From a virus (lineage: Duplodnaviria > Caudoviricetes): a DNA stretch of 51,812 nucleotides. Below the pieces are notes generated by a model, which ran no database searches, was not told the DNA's origin, and saw only the letters and a program-made list of their open reading frames with translations. Positions 8,655 to 18,781 of the stretch are shown here, in pieces; within the stretch, counting starts at the first letter, position 1, and each line of letters starts with the position of its first letter. The stretch is taken from IMG/VR virus record IMGVR_UViG_3300027847_002828, positions 1-51,812 of that record; one strand, written 5' to 3'. A program made the translations under genes and the position numbers.

Positions 8655-10054
8655 TATTCCGGATCATCCACTCGGGGCCTGAGGGTGTCTTCCTGGTCCG
8701 CCCTCTCTGGTATGTAAAGACCACCCTTTCCGTCGATGGACGGCTCTGCTGTCGGAGGAACAACAGTATCATCTCCGCCTCCAGTGACAGCCGATGGGCT
8801 GGCGACAGAGGGATTAGTCGTAGGCACAGATGGGTCGCCGCTGGCAGAGTCCCTGTCCATTCCATAAGCCCAGTACGCTTTCTCTCCAGCACCCTTGCGA
8901 GGCATGACAGGCTCAGACGCCTGCAACCACCAATCACTCACGTCAGGATATATGTTCCTGTCTTCCTGACTGTAGAAGCGGTATGGTGCTCGCCTGTGTT
9001 CCAGTGGCAACACTGGGACCTCGGGAGGTGAAGCCCAGTCGGTGACGTCCGGCACATCCAGAAACTTGTCGTTGAGGAATCCGGACCACGAGTAATCGTA
9101 TTGCACGAAGACCGGGTTGGTACGCTCCGGGGTGAGGTGTCTGCGGTGCAAGGTTTCCAATGAGCCGGTTGATTTCCAGTCCAGGTCTGATCCATTAGCT
9201 TCCACCCACGGGTACTGTATACCGAACCCAAAATTCCATAGCTGCTCGACCTCGCCCATCGTCAAGGCCCGCTTCCAGATCGCCACCTCGTCCAGGCCGC
9301 CCTCAAGGAAGTTGGCAGCCCCGGTGGATGTACCGAATCTCAGTGCATTGGACCCAGCGCCAGGCGCAGATTCCAACCTAGTATTTAGAGAATTGAGTCG
9401 TCTCCCTGGAGACCAAGCCCCACTCGCCGCAGTCCCGTGCGCATAATGTGACTGCATCCCCGGACCTGGCTCCCACTCTGAATACATCATGATATTGGCT
9501 TCTGAGCCATCGGGATTTGGGTTCGGAATGGAGCTGTCGTATACCGCACACCCAAAATAGTATTCTTGAGACGGACCATGTCCTGTAAATATATAACCGC
9601 CATCCGCTCCGCTATCAAACTGTCCATCTGTTGTAGAGTAGTCAATAAAACCAAGAGGTGACCCTACGCTACGCTGGGTGTCAGTTCCGGCTGATAATCG
9701 CCAGTACCCTCCTGATGACGATTGTATGAAGGAAACCGTGTATTCGTTTCCTGCCTCGTGTAGAGTCCCCGTTCCGCTTCTCTTGGCGACCAGGCACGCT
9801 GACGCCAGGTCCGCTACGCGCGCTCTCCACATGATCGTGTAAGACGTTCCGTTCAGTTGCAGGTCTGAATGGTTTGTAACCGATAGGGATTCACTGGCTG
9901 ACGCATCAAACAGGGCCGACCTACCGACCTTCCCGGATTCATAGAGAACCGTGTTGTTGTCTGCCAGGTCGTGGTTGTTAGCCGTGGAGTCCAGACGGGT
10001 GCCCCCCGTCTCGTCGAGGCTCCAGTGCGACATTAGACTGTCTGTCAGCGGCAT
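8654..10054 (-). CDS. LamG/concanavalin-like lectin-domain protein (putative tail/receptor-binding)
   Basis: SHWSLDETGGTRLD...GKVGRSALF and FLEGGLDEVAIWKRALTMGEVEQLWN. Confidence 0.8.
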   Translation of the reverse strand: MPLTDSLMSHWSLDETGGTRLDSTANNHDLADNNTVLYESGKVGRSALFDASASESLSVTNHSDLQLNGTSYTIMWRARVADLASACLVAKRSGTGTLHEAGNEYTVSFIQSSSGGYWRLSAGTDTQRSVGSPLGFIDYSTTDGQFDSGADGGYIFTGHGPSQEYYFGCAVYDSSIPNPNPDGSEANIMMYSEWEPGPGMQSHYAHGTAASGAWSPGRRLNSLNTRLESAPGAGSNALRFGTSTGAANFLEGGLDEVAIWKRALTMGEVEQLWNFGFGIQYPWVEANGSDLDWKSTGSLETLHRRHLTPERTNPVFVQYDYSWSGFLNDKFLDVPDVTDWASPPEVPVLPLEHRRAPYRFYSQEDRNIYPDVSDWWLQASEPVMPRKGAGEKAYWAYGMDRDSASGDPSVPTTNPSVASPSAVTGGGDDTVVPPTAEPSIDGKGGLYIPERADQEDTLRPRVDDPE

Positions 10055-10056
10055 GA

Positions 10057-10344
10057 CTAACTTCCAGGTGTCCAGATCACTGACGTAGATACCTCGGTCC
10101 CGTTACTGGAACCTTCCATGATCTCAAGCTGCCGTTCCATGGGCACACACTCAGAACACTGTGGTCCGCAGACTGGGCCGTTACAACGCGAGCAGAACCC
10201 TCGCAGCTTTCCGCTGCCGGGCTGTACCTGCCAGTGACATCCACAGTGAACACACTGTAGTGTGTCGGCCTCGATCACCCCGTCAGGACCCGACAGTATT
10301 GACGTTCCCTTTGGTCGGAGTGCTGTCCACTTCTTGTCGGACAT
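10057..10344 (-). CDS. Small Cys-rich (putative Zn-binding) protein
   Basis: CVHCGCH...CSRCNGPVCGPQCSEC. Confidence 0.7.
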   Translation of the reverse strand: MSDKKWTALRPKGTSILSGPDGVIEADTLQCVHCGCHWQVQPGSGKLRGFCSRCNGPVCGPQCSECVPMERQLEIMEGSSNGTEVSTSVIWTPGS

Positions 10345-10346
10345 CC

Positions 10347-10799
10347 TTACTCCTCATGGAACATCACCACTTCATAGGCTGTGGTCCCCGTGCTGACGGA
10401 CACAGTCTTGCAACCCAGGCCATTGCTTGCCGTGGCCGGAGCTACCATCTCGCCACCAGGAGCGGCAACCCAGCGGAAGGTGTTACGCTGGTTCATAGAA
10501 ATCTGGAGCAGCACAGCGTTCGACGTGTAGGTCGGCTCGCTGGAGTGAGCCACCGCGTAGTCCGCCAAGGACGCCGGGTCACCAGGGTCGAGAGCAATCG
10601 GGGTGAACCCGCTGCCCTCGGTTCCAACAGCCGTGGTCCTCGCGACGTGCCACTTGACAGCAGCGTCAGCCGGTGTAGCAACGCTGCCGATGACAAGATC
10701 GTAGAGCGCCGGACGAATCGTCGCTGCCGAGATCAAGTTGAGGCAGGTCTTGTTGGCACCACTCGCTGCGGTTCCGTTACCTGTGTATCGTCTACCCAT
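10347..10799 (-). CDS. Putative structural protein
   Basis: 150 aa, Ala/Thr-rich, SD AGGAG, in virion operon. Confidence 0.6.
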   Translation of the reverse strand: MGRRYTGNGTAASGANKTCLNLISAATIRPALYDLVIGSVATPADAAVKWHVARTTAVGTEGSGFTPIALDPGDPASLADYAVAHSSEPTYTSNAVLLQISMNQRNTFRWVAAPGGEMVAPATASNGLGCKTVSVSTGTTAYEVVMFHEE

Positions 10800-10813
10800 C
10801 GAATTGTCTCCTA

Positions 10814-11974
10814 CTAATTCGGTGTAACTGTCGCGAAGTCCCGCAGGTGGTGGACGGAATAGTTTGCCGAGCCGTCCTGTCCACTGAAGTCCCTGTTGTC
10901 AGCCTGCATCGCCAACCGTAACGCTCCGGCGTAGATGCCCTGTTTCATACCCACATCATCCGACTTGGTCAGGATCGACAGCCGTGCCTCGGCAAGTGCC
11001 AGGAACGCCTCGAACATCGCACCCTGCTCAATGTCCAGGGGGTCAGAGATCCTGTATTTTATATTAGTGTGTCCGTTGTCCAGTACCTGGTCTACCGTGA
11101 TGGACGTCGCGCTGTTGACCGCTGTGACGACCCTCTCCTCCTGATAGGGATTCAATCCGTCGATGCCGTCCGGGTAGTCTTCAAGGGTTCCCATTCTGAC
11201 GATGGAGCCAAGCATGCTCTGGGTCCACGTTGTGCCTTTGCCCGTGAGAGTCGCCACCCCAGCCGTGCCGGTCAGCGTGCCAGCCTTGTAGTCCGTGATC
11301 CGGACGGGGTGCGGAGTCCGCTGGTACACGAAGTCGAAGCTGTTGGCACTGGACGGGGGCGGGTAGAAGAACACCGCCATGGCCCCGAGGTAATCCGGGT
11401 CAGCCATGTAGGTGTAAATCCTCGGATCATTGGCGGCTTCCTTGCTCTCGTGGTGTGCCAGCCACTCGCCGGGAGCAACGTATGTGGGCCACTGCCAATT
11501 CTTGTCAGCGTTCCTGAGCTGGTTGGCTGACTGGAAGTCCAGAGGCAGCGTGTACGAGTCCCTGGCGAGGGTGTACGACGAGGCTGTCGTGACGTCCTCG
11601 CCGGGATTGTTATTGATACCCAACACTACCGCCGTGTCACTGATACGCTTGGACACTGCGTAGTCGATATTGTTGATCCGGATGATTCCTCTGGCGGCCC
11701 ACGACGGGAATGTTCCGGATGCCAGCGTCACCTCACGATTGTTGCTGCCCCCGGCATGGTCGTATGTCACGGTCCCGGTGGCATAGGACGCCACGGTCGT
11801 CACGCGACCACGCTTGTAGTAGTACGACCAGTTGGTAGCAGTCGAGAGGTTCCGGTAGGCGGACAGGATGGATCGCTTGGACATACGGACGTTCCGCCCC
11901 TCGCTCGTCCCGCCCATGTGGTCGAGCAAGTGGTCGATGACGTCAGAGAATGTCCAGATTACCTGTGTCGTCAT
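10814..11974 (-). CDS. Head-tail adaptor / tail tubular protein A-like
   Basis: TFSDVIDHL...NWSYY, YTLPLDF, FFYPPP...FVYQR motifs typical of podovirus adaptors, with beta-rich inserts. Confidence 0.65.
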   Translation of the reverse strand: MTTQVIWTFSDVIDHLLDHMGGTSEGRNVRMSKRSILSAYRNLSTATNWSYYYKRGRVTTVASYATGTVTYDHAGGSNNREVTLASGTFPSWAARGIIRINNIDYAVSKRISDTAVVLGINNNPGEDVTTASSYTLARDSYTLPLDFQSANQLRNADKNWQWPTYVAPGEWLAHHESKEAANDPRIYTYMADPDYLGAMAVFFYPPPSSANSFDFVYQRTPHPVRITDYKAGTLTGTAGVATLTGKGTTWTQSMLGSIVRMGTLEDYPDGIDGLNPYQEERVVTAVNSATSITVDQVLDNGHTNIKYRISDPLDIEQGAMFEAFLALAEARLSILTKSDDVGMKQGIYAGALRLAMQADNRDFSGQDGSANYSVHHLRDFATVTPN

Positions 11975-11978
11975 GTTA

Positions 11979-12329
11979 TCAGTGCAAGAAGTAACTCAAA
12001 TGGCCGCCTACAGCATTGCTGCCACAGGTGACAACCAGGGCCTCGCCGGACAGGCTCTCTAAATGCCCATCTGGGTTCCAGCCACACGACAACCCACTGC
12101 TGGCAGAACCCTTGACTGTCATCGTCCCGGTCAGATCGGTGTATGTGGAAGCACCGTCAAAGCTCTTCAACACCCATGTAGTGTTTCCAGACGAGGAGGC
12201 ATAGTACGACACCACGCAAATCTTCTTGCCTGTCACTGCTGCAACAAGTGACGTGGTCGCTGATCCTCCTGCGACGATCTTTGCGAACTTGACGTCCTGA
12301 CGTGACAAGTCCCTCAAGCCTACTGGCAT
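11979..12329 (-). CDS. Putative structural protein
   Basis: LVAAVTGKKICVVSY..., beta-rich, coupled. Confidence 0.55.
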   Translation of the reverse strand: MPVGLRDLSRQDVKFAKIVAGGSATTSLVAAVTGKKICVVSYYASSSGNTTWVLKSFDGASTYTDLTGTMTVKGSASSGLSCGWNPDGHLESLSGEALVVTCGSNAVGGHLSYFLH

Positions 12330-12631
12330 CAGTATCTCCTCCGAATGTTCTTTATCTGTCCGGGAAACTGACCCTGTGGTGGCCTGTTGAACTGCCTGAA
12401 ATCTCGTTGGAACCTGTCGGACATGGACTGCTGTCTCAACTGCCGAAACAGTTGGTTCATCATCTCCGTCTGCATCAGGCTCCTGGCATTCACACCCGCT
12501 GGCACAGACTGGAGCGGCTGCTGCTGTAGACCCGGCGGACGAACCCCCGGATGGTTTCCGGCAAACTCACCGCCGTGAACCACCGCTGACAGGTTCGATG
12601 GCATCTGTGGTGACAGGCGGGGCTGATACAT
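12329..12631 (-). CDS. Gln/Pro/Arg-rich hypothetical protein
   Basis: 100 aa, TAATG/TGATG coupling on both sides. Confidence 0.6.
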   Translation of the reverse strand: MYQPRLSPQMPSNLSAVVHGGEFAGNHPGVRPPGLQQQPLQSVPAGVNARSLMQTEMMNQLFRQLRQQSMSDRFQRDFRQFNRPPQGQFPGQIKNIRRRY

Positions 12632-13170
12632 TATTTCCCACCATGCTTGTCCGTGACCTCGTCCTTCAGGTCCCTCATGTTCATGCGAGCCTTATCAGGA
12701 TCATTCCTGATCGCCTGCTGCATCTTCCTCTGTGTCAGGTCCTTGCCTAGCTTCTCCCGGTCTTCCCGTGGGTCCGTCTCTGGCTGACGATGCTTCACGT
12801 TCACAGAGCCTGAGCACTCCCAGCCCCTACGTTCACAGAGGTCCTGGATCTGTCCCCGTCCTCCGCTGCCAGAAATGAAAGCCTCCGGGTCTCCGGGAAA
12901 CTTCGCCAGCCCTCCGATGTACACGTCGTTGTAATTCGGAGTAAACCCCTTGGCCCGAGCGTTCGCAACGAGAGTATCCAGTGCTCGCTCGTCTCCCTCG
13001 AACTGCTTGGCAAGAGTCCCCTGCCCCTCGAAGAATTCCCTGTCCGTCAGGGACCGGGGACCCTCACGGAACGCCATCATCTCAGCCATCCGATGGCCGT
13101 TGCCTTTATCTCGCAGCCACTCGTAATCCGACTGGATTCCTTCGTTGCTGCTAACTGTCTGGTATGCCAT
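12631..13170 (-). CDS. Hypothetical protein
   Basis: Start moved to MAYQTVSSN (13170) to avoid overlap with the upstream gene. Confidence 0.65.
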   Translation of the reverse strand: MAYQTVSSNEGIQSDYEWLRDKGNGHRMAEMMAFREGPRSLTDREFFEGQGTLAKQFEGDERALDTLVANARAKGFTPNYNDVYIGGLAKFPGDPEAFISGSGGRGQIQDLCERRGWECSGSVNVKHRQPETDPREDREKLGKDLTQRKMQQAIRNDPDKARMNMRDLKDEVTDKHGGK

Positions 13171-13196
13171 GCCTAGCCCTGTTTCAAGTTTTACTA

Positions 13197-13736
13197 CTAT
13201 GCGAACGGCGAGGCCGAAGTTCCAACACCAGCAAGGGTTCCAGAAGCCACCAGCATGTTTGCGGCGGCGATCTCGACCCGGACATATCCACCCTGAACCC
13301 ACCCCTTGGTGGCACCAGTAATAGCCAGCTTGTAGTGGCTGGACTGGTTTGGTAGCTGAATCGCCTTGACTCCTGCCGTGCCGGTGTTGTCCTGCGAGAT
13401 GAAGACGTGTCCGTAGTAGAGATCGGCTGAACGACTGCCGTCGATGCTGAACCCTGCTGACGCTGCTGTTGTCTTGATGAGAAAGTCGCAGTACCAGCCC
13501 ACGTTGTCTGCGTTGGCCTCGGGCAACGTCACAACTATGCCGTCATTCTTGTCGAGAACGACGAGAGAACCGCTCTGGGCGGCAGTCAGCGTCTTGGTGG
13601 CGTCTGTGACCGTGATGATGGGACGATGGGCGACCTTGCTTCCATCAAGAAGGTCACGAACCTCGTCGTTCGTCGTGTTATCTGCCACCGCAACCGCCAA
13701 CTGGTTGAGCGCCTTTGAGCTAAGTGTAGTAGTCAT
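13197..13736 (-). CDS. Putative head decoration/minor capsid protein
   Basis: TLTAAQSGSLVVLD...VVTLPEA...GWYCDF pattern common in phage head-associated proteins; SD GGAGG. Confidence 0.55.
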   Translation of the reverse strand: MTTTLSSKALNQLAVAVADNTTNDEVRDLLDGSKVAHRPIITVTDATKTLTAAQSGSLVVLDKNDGIVVTLPEANADNVGWYCDFLIKTTAASAGFSIDGSRSADLYYGHVFISQDNTGTAGVKAIQLPNQSSHYKLAITGATKGWVQGGYVRVEIAAANMLVASGTLAGVGTSASPFA

Positions 13737-13805
13737 CGGGACCTCCGTGTGTACCTGACAGTTGCTGTTAGACTATACTCTCTCGCCCATCTATGGGAAA
13801 GATCA

Positions 13806-16595
13806 CTATTTTTCGTCCTTGTCCTTCTCGTCCTTGCCATTTGTCTTGGCCGCAGCCTGCTTGAGACGGGAGCGTTCTCGCTGCTCAGCCTGCTTTATCA
13901 GGAGCTTCTGGGCAGCCTCACGCTTACGGATTTTCTGCTCCGTCTGGTGGACGTCAGCCTTCTGCCCAAGGTTCTGCTGGTGCGATGTCTGGCTGAACAT
14001 GATGTCCTGTAGCTGCTTGGCCCTGCCAGCCATGAATTCCTGCTGTCCCTGCTGGGCGTCCTGCACAGCCTGTGCCTGGTCCACCTGCTGGCCCATGGCT
14101 GCTGCCTGCATGGCCTGCTGCGTCTTGGCGGCATCCAACTGCATGCTCTGCTCGCCCTGAGCAGCACCCAGTTGCATATCTGTCTGCGCCTTCATCATCT
14201 CAAGCTGCATCAACTGCTGCTTGAGTTGGGCTTCCATGGCAGCCATCTGCTGTTGCTGCTGCATCTTCATCATTTCAGCCTGGGTCTTGACCTGCATGCC
14301 CTGCTGCTTCATCGCTTCGGTCTGAACCTTCTGCTGCGATTCCTGGGCGGACATCTGCATCTTCTGCATTTCCATCTGCTGCTCCTGCTGCTTCTCCTGC
14401 TGCTGTGCTTCCTGCTGTTGCTGCTGGCCCTGCTGCTGTTGCTGGGCCTGCTGTTTCTGGAATTCAGGCTGGAATTGCAGCGGCAGACGCTTGTCAAGCT
14501 GCAACTTGGTGACATCCATGTCGATGGCCCGGCCCCACATCTGGATCAGGGCATTGATAGGGTTGGTGTCGGTCGTGGCGTCCGCGTGCTTGGAAAGCTC
14601 CGGGAACAGTGCAGGCATCACTGTGTTGATATTGGTCGTGTCCAGTGCGCGGTTGGGCTTTCTGGCACTTCCAGCTTCCACCGTGGCGTCGATCTGCCTC
14701 ACCACCAGCTCCGGGTCCTGCTTGGAAACGAGCTGCTCCCAAAGCATGGAGCCAGCCTTGCCGATCAGAGGCTCTACATCCTTCCCCTTGATGAAGAACC
14801 GGCAGCACATCTTTTCCATCTGTGCCACCTCGGCCTGCCACTTCTCCACCTTGGAGGCCATGTGGTCTGGCCGAATGTTCATCTGCTCCCGCTTTGTCGC
14901 AACATCCTCGGCGCTACGGGATTGCGTTGCCGTAATCCCTGACATCAGCTCCGTCAGGCCTGTCCGACGCTCGAACAGTTGCATGACGTGATCAAGGATT
15001 TTCCAGACATCGTAGTTCGTCTGCGGCTGCTGGAGGAACTGCACCACTTGGTTGATATCGCTATGCACCTCGTTCAGCGGGATGATAGCCTGATCTTCGC
15101 CGCTCTTGAGGACCCTCTCGACTTCCTTCTCTGCCGACTTGAGGACAGCAATGAAGTCCCGGCTGCTGCTCCAAATCCTGTTTGCCAGGTGGGATATGAT
15201 CACGTTCATGAACACCAGTTCGCCCAGTCCTGGGGCGATTGGTGCGATTGGCCACGCGCTGCCGGGACGCGGGTAGAAGTCCAGTATGGCTACCGGCCAG
15301 CGGGCATCACGCCAGTACGGAGTCGGCCACGAGAACATCTCGGCAACTTCTTCATCCTTGGCACTCTTGACCGTAGGTCCTGGCTCCTCAAGGACGCTTG
15401 AGTCCATGGGAGCGTTGAGCGGGAACGGGACGTCTGGACTGACCACGATGTAGGCATAATCTCCCACGACCTTGTCAAACGCATCCTTCAGCGGGGTCTT
15501 GACATCTGTCATCCGTGCCCCGACACCACCCTTGCTCCATATCTTGTAGTACACCACTAGGTCAAACGTCTTGCCCTGCTTGCGGTGCATGCTGCTCGTG
15601 TCGCTACCGAGCGACTCGCCCTGTGACTCGGCACTCTCCATGGACCCGGACAGGGTCCCCTTCTTCAGTCCGAAATCCCTCTCCACTTGCCATACCGGAT
15701 GGACGTGCTTGCGGGCTATCCACTTGGCGTCATGAATGCTCTCGGCGTCAGGATCAATAATCAGGTTCTCAACCTTGTCGTAGAACGACCCGGTCAGTGT
15801 CTGATCAGATCCGGGCATCTGGTAGGGTTCCACCCACAGACATCCCCTACCCTTTACCAAGGCTTCGGTAATCGCCATTTCCGCGTGGTAGGCCAGCCCG
15901 CCACCCGGCTGCTCACCCGGTGTGTAGTTCAGGTATGACTCCACGAGGTTGGCACGAGCCTCGTCCTTGATGCTCGTAGCCTTCTGGTCCATCATCGCTT
16001 CGTTGTAGAGGTTCTGTGCCTCCTGTACCTCCTGGACTTTCGGCTCAATCTCCTGCATCTGCTGCTGGAGCTGCTGCAACTGCTGCTGGGCCTGCTGCAT
16101 CTGCTGCTGCTGCTGCATCTGCTGCTGCTGGGCCGCCATGGGGTCCTGTTGCTGCTCCTGCATCTGCTGCTGCTGCTGCTGTTGCATCTGCTGCATCTGC
16201 TGCTGAGCCTGCTGCATCTGCTGCTGCAACTGCTGCTGCTGCTGCTGTGTCTCCTCCATATCATCCGGGCCAAACAGCTCCGGACGCAGAAGAATCTTCT
16301 TCCTCGGCCTGACGGTCCTCTGGGGGTTGCGCCAGTACAGGACAGGACCAAACAGTGCCACCAGCTCAAACGCCTTGGACATCGTCATCCGGAAGCGTGG
16401 GCTGGTGTTCGTCTTCAGGTACTTGTTCTTGAACTTCGGGTCCCACATGAACCCGCTGGACGCGCTGAAGAACGCCATGCACTGGTCAGAGATATCCTGG
16501 AACCAACTCTTGTGCTGGATGCCCAGCTCGATCTTGCCGAGCCATCCAGTAACGAGTGGCCGCAGGTAGTCTTCGGTCCTACCTTCTGGCAGCAT
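13806..16595 (-). CDS. Portal protein with poly-Gln insertions
   Basis: 929 aa downstream of TerL; IIDPDAESIHDAKWIARK, TGLTELMSG...SRSAED motifs; coiled-coil C-terminus. Confidence 0.85.
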   Translation of the reverse strand: MLPEGRTEDYLRPLVTGWLGKIELGIQHKSWFQDISDQCMAFFSASSGFMWDPKFKNKYLKTNTSPRFRMTMSKAFELVALFGPVLYWRNPQRTVRPRKKILLRPELFGPDDMEETQQQQQQLQQQMQQAQQQMQQMQQQQQQQMQEQQQDPMAAQQQQMQQQQQMQQAQQQLQQLQQQMQEIEPKVQEVQEAQNLYNEAMMDQKATSIKDEARANLVESYLNYTPGEQPGGGLAYHAEMAITEALVKGRGCLWVEPYQMPGSDQTLTGSFYDKVENLIIDPDAESIHDAKWIARKHVHPVWQVERDFGLKKGTLSGSMESAESQGESLGSDTSSMHRKQGKTFDLVVYYKIWSKGGVGARMTDVKTPLKDAFDKVVGDYAYIVVSPDVPFPLNAPMDSSVLEEPGPTVKSAKDEEVAEMFSWPTPYWRDARWPVAILDFYPRPGSAWPIAPIAPGLGELVFMNVIISHLANRIWSSSRDFIAVLKSAEKEVERVLKSGEDQAIIPLNEVHSDINQVVQFLQQPQTNYDVWKILDHVMQLFERRTGLTELMSGITATQSRSAEDVATKREQMNIRPDHMASKVEKWQAEVAQMEKMCCRFFIKGKDVEPLIGKAGSMLWEQLVSKQDPELVVRQIDATVEAGSARKPNRALDTTNINTVMPALFPELSKHADATTDTNPINALIQMWGRAIDMDVTKLQLDKRLPLQFQPEFQKQQAQQQQQGQQQQQEAQQQEKQQEQQMEMQKMQMSAQESQQKVQTEAMKQQGMQVKTQAEMMKMQQQQQMAAMEAQLKQQLMQLEMMKAQTDMQLGAAQGEQSMQLDAAKTQQAMQAAAMGQQVDQAQAVQDAQQGQQEFMAGRAKQLQDIMFSQTSHQQNLGQKADVHQTEQKIRKREAAQKLLIKQAEQRERSRLKQAAAKTNGKDEKDKDEK
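16015..16255 (-). repeat. CAG/ATG trinucleotide-rich tract (poly-Q/M insertion in portal)
   Basis: Long runs of ctg on the plus strand; QQQQQQLQQQMQQAQQQMQQMQQQQQQQM. Confidence 0.9.
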
Positions 16596-17077
16596 CAGAT
16601 TCTGGCCTCAACTGGTTTGTCTAGGACTGCACGGACTTTAGCAACAGTCCATCCAGAACCCATGTCGCTAGTAATCTCGGCGTGAGTCAGACCCTTGTCA
16701 TAGAGAGTCCACACCCGCTCCTCAAGACGAAGCTCCTTGGCAAGCGCCTCGTCCTTGTCACGCTTATCCTTGTCCACCTTTCTCAGCTCGGACGCACGAT
16801 CCCGCGCCTTCTCCATGACAACCTTGCGTCTGCCAGCAGCGTTCTCAATGGTGTCCCAGCCTCCGTAGTTGGTCGCCATCCCCGTCTTTTCCTTCAGGAT
16901 TTGCGAATCAACATGATGGACGTTCCTGTGGAGTGACGAAATGCCTCCGCCACGAGGGAAACAGGTCAGGTAGAGAACACCCATCCCATTTGTCCCAACG
17001 ACGACAGACGCTTCCGGCTCCTTTGTCTTGTCAGCCTGCGAGTAATACACACAATTCGTGCCCACTTCCAAATCCAT
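16595..17077 (-). CDS. Hypothetical protein with C-terminal HTH-like segment
   Basis: VWTLYDKGLTHAEITSDMGSGWTVAKVRAVL; between TerL and portal. Confidence 0.65.
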   Translation of the reverse strand: MDLEVGTNCVYYSQADKTKEPEASVVVGTNGMGVLYLTCFPRGGGISSLHRNVHHVDSQILKEKTGMATNYGGWDTIENAAGRRKVVMEKARDRASELRKVDKDKRDKDEALAKELRLEERVWTLYDKGLTHAEITSDMGSGWTVAKVRAVLDKPVEARI

Positions 17078-17095
17078 GCCGTGTCTCCCTGTTGT

Positions 17096-18781
17096 CTAGC
17101 CCCTACCGGGTCCCATGTGAACGAACTCGTTTTCTTCTTCGCCGTTTTCGGCTTCCTGCCACTTCTGAAACGCTTTCCAGGCCGGTGACGGGTGTGCCTT
17201 TCCCGGTGTTGGCCTAGCATACTCGATATTGTGGGCTGCGAGGTATCTCAAACAGTCCATCAGGTGATTGTTGCGGTCAACAGGTTCCTCTTTTGCCTCT
17301 GAACCCACCACACGCTTGTGGTATCTGTAGAATTCCCGCTTCAAGTTGGGCGTTCTGTTGATGATGACCTTCATCTTGATCGTTCCGTCCGTCCTGACAG
17401 ACATCCACTCCCTCACAAGGCCTATGCCAGCCTGGATGTTGTCACTGCCTGGAACAAAATTGTTCGATGTCATCTCGCTTCGGACGTTGTAGCGACCGAA
17501 TGCGTCAGCATACTGCTGCTTGACCGTCCTGTTGAATCCCATCGGGGTCTGGCGACCGGCGCGGTTGTCGATGATGAACGTCTGAAAGGTTTTCCCGCCC
17601 ACCTTGGCAGCAACCATCCTCGCTGTTTCAGCCGCATCACACCGTCGAAGATACAGCTCGTCGTACAGGACGACATGATCCCCCAGGGATGGCGGGGGAA
17701 CGGCAACAAACAGGATGGCACAGACGACATGGCCAGGGTCGAGAGCGAGATACCGACACCAGTCGTCCGGGGGAACCCCATTGTTCTTCCTGATTGCCTC
17801 GTCAACCTTGTCCTCAAGCTCGACCGTTTTCTTTGGGGTCCCGTGAAGTTCCTCTGAGAAACTCGGGTACACCAGAACTGTGTCCGTGATGAATTCACCG
17901 AGGTCTCTGGACCGAACTTCTTCCGGGCTTCGCTTCGACCACGCCTCAATACGCTTCCGCTTCTCGTTCTTGTCAATGAAGGGGTTGTCACTGTATCTGA
18001 GCGTGACCTCGAAGACGTCGGGGTCCTTCCGCTTCTTCTGTTCCGAGGCCCGCTCACTCATCTCGATAAGGGCATCGTTCTTGGAGTGAGGCCACACCGA
18101 CCAGATCATTCGCCCTTTGCGGTCAGACAACCGTGCCTGGTACTCAGGGATGTGACGGGGATATTCGATGTCCTCGTCGATGTGAATGAGGTCAACCGGA
18201 TCGCCCTGCTTAGGCTCACCATGAGAACTGAAGGCGTGTATTTCCGTGCCATTCAGAAGCCTGCAAACAGTGAATACACGCTCTCCTTTGTTCTCCCAAG
18301 CCCACCCCTTTGGCTCGATCAGACGCGGGGGGATGAGTGGCGGAGCTTCCTTGGACTTTTCCTCGTGGGCAGCGTCATATTCGTTCCATGGACAGAACGG
18401 TCGCCACTCCGTCGTGATCTCATCCTTGATGATCCGGAATGCACCCGGTCGGAACAGCATTCTGTGGATAGTTCCGCCGATATGACGTTGATCGTACCCC
18501 ACCACCCAGATGAGCAAACCCCTGTCCCTGGGGTACTTGAAGGGCATTGGCCCGTCGTCTGTGTATATCGGCATACCCGTGGCTGCGGACGCTGTTTCAG
18601 CAAACGCCGACATCGACTTTCCTGATCGGTTTCCGCCCCGGACTATGCGCTCACTGGCCATCGACAGATGGAACGGAATCTGGCTCTTCAGAGGCCTATA
18701 GATACGCAACGCCTCCGACCTGCGACGATGCTTCTCAGCCGCAGCCTTTCCGATGCGTTCCATCGCCTCTTTAGTTGTCAC
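17096..18781 (-). CDS. terL: Terminase large subunit
   Basis: Walker A RGGNRSGKS, Walker B LIHIDE, nuclease LALDPG and NHLMDCLRY. Confidence 0.95.
   Translation of the reverse strand: MTTKEAMERIGKAAAEKHRRRSEALRIYRPLKSQIPFHLSMASERIVRGGNRSGKSMSAFAETASAATGMPIYTDDGPMPFKYPRDRGLLIWVVGYDQRHIGGTIHRMLFRPGAFRIIKDEITTEWRPFCPWNEYDAAHEEKSKEAPPLIPPRLIEPKGWAWENKGERVFTVCRLLNGTEIHAFSSHGEPKQGDPVDLIHIDEDIEYPRHIPEYQARLSDRKGRMIWSVWPHSKNDALIEMSERASEQKKRKDPDVFEVTLRYSDNPFIDKNEKRKRIEAWSKRSPEEVRSRDLGEFITDTVLVYPSFSEELHGTPKKTVELEDKVDEAIRKNNGVPPDDWCRYLALDPGHVVCAILFVAVPPPSLGDHVVLYDELYLRRCDAAETARMVAAKVGGKTFQTFIIDNRAGRQTPMGFNRTVKQQYADAFGRYNVRSEMTSNNFVPGSDNIQAGIGLVREWMSVRTDGTIKMKVIINRTPNLKREFYRYHKRVVGSEAKEEPVDRNNHLMDCLRYLAAHNIEYARPTPGKAHPSPAWKAFQKWQEAENGEEENEFVHMGPGRG

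Noticed and set aside
8479-8937. 152-aa minus-strand ORF
   Set aside because: Overlaps LamG out of frame; the coupled 8475-8654 ORF explains the gap better
14172-16685. Leu/His-rich and Ala-rich plus-strand ORFs (14172-14942, 16016-16312, 16149-16685)
   Set aside because: Antisense readings of the portal CAG tracts
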